Source of the DNA: TPA_inf: Saccharomyces
Taxonomy: Eukaryota
Direction of reading: 5' to 3'
Length of the DNA: 64,000 nucleotides
Assembly (NCBI GenBank): GCA_000146045.2
Contig: BK006944.2
Coordinates: 256,001 to 320,000, forward strand
Part shown: positions 61,764 through 64,000 of the stretch, piece by piece
Position numbering within the stretch: the stretch's first letter is position 1
Layout of the letters: the number at the start of each line of letters is the position of its first letter
The notes under the pieces: generated by a model
The model's database searches: none
Seen by the model: the letters and a program-made list of their open reading frames with translations, nothing else
Told to the model about the DNA's origin: nothing
Program-made: the position numbers and the translations under genes

Positions 61764-64000
61764 ATGAGCACTGATAACTCACAAAAGGATGAAGGTGTTC
61801 CTTTGCTTTCCCCTTACTCTAGTAGCCCTCAACTAAGGAAAAAGAAGCGCAATCAAAAAAGAAGAAAGGACAAGTTTGTTGGTCACTTGAAGTCAGACTC
61901 ACGTAGGCCAACGCAACTGCTGCATGATAATCTGCAACACAATCACGGCCAGATTACTGATTTCGACCAGATCGATTCCTGGGGCATGCTGCATGAATCT
62001 GATTCTACAAGTAATGATATAATAAAAAGTGAGGATCCATCGCTCAAGGGCGCGTTCATTGATCATAGACCTTCAATGAGCCAACCTAGGGAGGGGCCTC
62101 AAAGTGTATCAAGCACAGTTCAACCACAGCCAATAATGAAGTTTTCAACACCAAGTTACAAGAAACCCGCAGGGTTAAGACCCTCTGATCAGAATAGATC
62201 ATTAGTATCGGACTTATCCCCTTCAGAGCTTGAATCATGGCTGAAGAGAAGGAAATCTGTTCATAAGAGTTTTGTTGACGAAAACTCCCCCACCGATAGG
62301 AGACAATCGAACGCGAATAATGATGTCGTGATTGATGTTGATGCGTTAATGAACCATGTTAACAACAATGCAAGTACTGGGGTTAATGATAACAGCAAGA
62401 GAAGAAAGAAAAAGAGGGGTTCTGATGATAGTAGCAACAAAAATTCCAAATCCACATCCAGTGATTCAAACGATGAAGAGGATGAGTATAACTCAAGGCC
62501 ATCTTCTAGTCTTTCTTCAAATAACTCTTCTTTGGATGACGTTTGTTTAGTGCTTGATGATGAGGGTAGCGAAGTGCCAAAAGCTTGGCCTGATTGTACT
62601 GTTTTGGAAGAATTTTCCAAGGAAGAAACAGAGAGACTAAGAAGTCAAGCTATTCAAGATGCTGAAGCTTTCCACTTCCAATACGATGAAGATGAGGAAG
62701 ATGGAACATCAAATGAAGATGGAATTCTTTTTTCAAAGCCAATCGTAACTAATATTGATGTCCCTGAATTGGGAAACAGAAGGGTAAACGAAACAGAGAA
62801 TTTGAAGAACGGCCGTTTAAGGCCAAAAAGAATTGCGCCATGGCATTTGATTCAACGTCCAATGGTCCTTGGGTCCAATTCAACCAAGGACTCAAAATCA
62901 AGAATTCAAAGCGGATTACAAGATAACTTACTAGTCGGCAGAAATATTCAATATCCTCCGCATATTATTTCTAATAACCCAGAACATTTCAGGTTCACTT
63001 ATTTTAGGGTGGATTTGGACTCTACTGTTCATTCTCCGACAATATCTGGTTTACTGCAACCTGGTCAAAAATTTCAAGATTTATTTGTCGCTTCTATATA
63101 CTCCCAAGATAATAGCGCTGGTCATATCAAGACACATCCAAATTCTCCAACACCTGGTATAAAAGCAGAAACTGTATCTCAACTCCAGGGATTGACAGCT
63201 AAAAACCCTTCCACTTTATCGTCTATGTCTGTGGCAAATATAGAGGATGTTCCTCCATTCTGGTTGGATGTCAGCAATCCTACTGAAGAGGAGATGAAAA
63301 TATTAAGTAAAGCTTTCGGAATTCACCCTTTAACTACAGAAGATATTTTTTTGGGAGAAGTTCGTGAGAAAGTGGAACTATTTAGAGATTATTACCTGAT
63401 TTGTTTTAGAAGTTTCGATATTGTAGCAGAAAAGCATGTTCGTCGGAGGAGAAAAGAAAAGCAAGAATCTGCTACCTTGGATCATGAAAGTATTTCACGT
63501 CGTAAATCACAAGCCTATGGTGCTACTATGTCAAATGAATCAAATGCAAATAACAATAACAGTACAAGCAATGCAAGTAGGAGCAAATGGCTTCCATCGA
63601 TTTTACGTGCACGCCGTCGGTCATCTGCAAATAGAACAACCAATACATCATCATCAAGCTATAAACGCCGTGTCAAAAGCGAAAAGAAAAAGATGGAAGA
63701 GAACGAAAAATTCAAAAGAAAATCAGGAGACAGGCACAAACCACGTGAGGGAGAATTAGAGCCATTGAATGTTTACATTATTGTTTTCAGAACTGGTGTA
63801 TTGACGTTTCATTTTGCTCCCACACCACATCCTATTAATGTTCGAAGAAGAGCAAGACTACTAAAGGATTACCTTAATGTTACCTCTGATTGGATTGCGT
63901 ATGCCTTAATCGATGACATTACAGACGCATTTGCCCCTATGATAGAACTTATCGAAGATGAAGTTTATGAGATTGAGGACGCCATTTTGAAGATGCATCA
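61764..64000 (+). CDS. MNR2: Mnr2, CorA-family vacuolar Mg2+ transporter, 5' ~745 codons; the ORF runs off the window end, so it is absent from the ORF track
   Basis: ATG at 61764. The frame reads MSTDNSQKDEGVPLLSPYSS...FWLDVSNPTEEEMKILSKAFGIHPLTTEDIF... (CorA cytoplasmic-domain signature) and has no stop before position 64000. Confidence 0.85.
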   Translation, partial: MSTDNSQKDEGVPLLSPYSSSPQLRKKKRNQKRRKDKFVGHLKSDSRRPTQLLHDNLQHNHGQITDFDQIDSWGMLHESDSTSNDIIKSEDPSLKGAFIDHRPSMSQPREGPQSVSSTVQPQPIMKFSTPSYKKPAGLRPSDQNRSLVSDLSPSELESWLKRRKSVHKSFVDENSPTDRRQSNANNDVVIDVDALMNHVNNNASTGVNDNSKRRKKKRGSDDSSNKNSKSTSSDSNDEEDEYNSRPSSSLSSNNSSLDDVCLVLDDEGSEVPKAWPDCTVLEEFSKEETERLRSQAIQDAEAFHFQYDEDEEDGTSNEDGILFSKPIVTNIDVPELGNRRVNETENLKNGRLRPKRIAPWHLIQRPMVLGSNSTKDSKSRIQSGLQDNLLVGRNIQYPPHIISNNPEHFRFTYFRVDLDSTVHSPTISGLLQPGQKFQDLFVASIYSQDNSAGHIKTHPNSPTPGIKAETVSQLQGLTAKNPSTLSSMSVANIEDVPPFWLDVSNPTEEEMKILSKAFGIHPLTTEDIFLGEVREKVELFRDYYLICFRSFDIVAEKHVRRRRKEKQESATLDHESISRRKSQAYGATMSNESNANNNNSTSNASRSKWLPSILRARRRSSANRTTNTSSSSYKRRVKSEKKKMEENEKFKRKSGDRHKPREGELEPLNVYIIVFRTGVLTFHFAPTPHPINVRRRARLLKDYLNVTSDWIAYALIDDITDAFAPMIELIEDEVYEIEDAILKMH

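Noticed and set aside
1-64000. Possibility that the window holds a novel prokaryotic-style system (defence island, operon, CRISPR)
   Set aside because: The sequence is unambiguously yeast nuclear DNA. It has a spliceosomal intron with GTATGT/TACTAAC, a tRNA intron and Ty LTRs, and ~40 genes in known chrXI order. Genes are monocistronic with individual promoters. No CRISPR repeats or cas-like ORFs are present.

Overview
This window is eukaryotic nuclear DNA. I recognise it as Saccharomyces cerevisiae chromosome XI, left arm, running in chromosomal order from YKL099C (UTP11, 5' part only) to YKL064W (MNR2, 3'-truncated). It is AT-rich and gene-dense, about one gene per 1.6 kb, and has a nuclear spliceosomal intron, an intron-containing tRNA and Ty LTRs. 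It is not a prokaryotic locus.

About 40 protein genes carry diagnostic motifs and match the expected order and lengths. They are UTP11, MTC2, CWP2, CWP1, YJU2, YJU3, MBR1, BUD2, SFH1, CUE2, MIF2, CAB3, CYT2, SRX1, MDH1, HOT13, RRP14, TEF4, VMA5, SMY1, DHR2, PSG1, YKL075C, MUD2, LHS1, STB6, YKL071W, YKL070W, YKL069W, YKL068W-A, NUP100, YNK1, YKL065W-A, YET1 and MNR2.

TEF4 is the only spliced gene, and its intron has the box C/D architecture of snoRNA snR38. There are three Pol III genes: tRNA-Trp(CCA) with an intron, tRNA-Val(AAC) and tRNA-His(GUG). Two of them have Ty LTR remnants upstream, one tau-like solo LTR and two inverted delta LTRs.

I found no CRISPR array, no operon and no defence island, and I see no convincing undescribed 'system'. 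The signals most worth a second look are:
- A 12-bp minisatellite giving about six tandem Yap1-type TTAGTAA elements directly upstream of the SDR gene YKL071W.
- Two sharply GC-rich islands (SRX1 and the MDH1 upstream region; the YKL097C region).
- A perfect 11-bp-arm hairpin in the tV(AAC)K to YKL068W-A interval.
- A 2-kb ORF-free interval with unclassified sequence.
- Textbook regulon motifs (PAC/RRPE, UPRE, Rlm1, HAP, YRE) sitting where the gene functions predict.

All gene identities come from my memory of the yeast proteins and gene order. No database search was possible.
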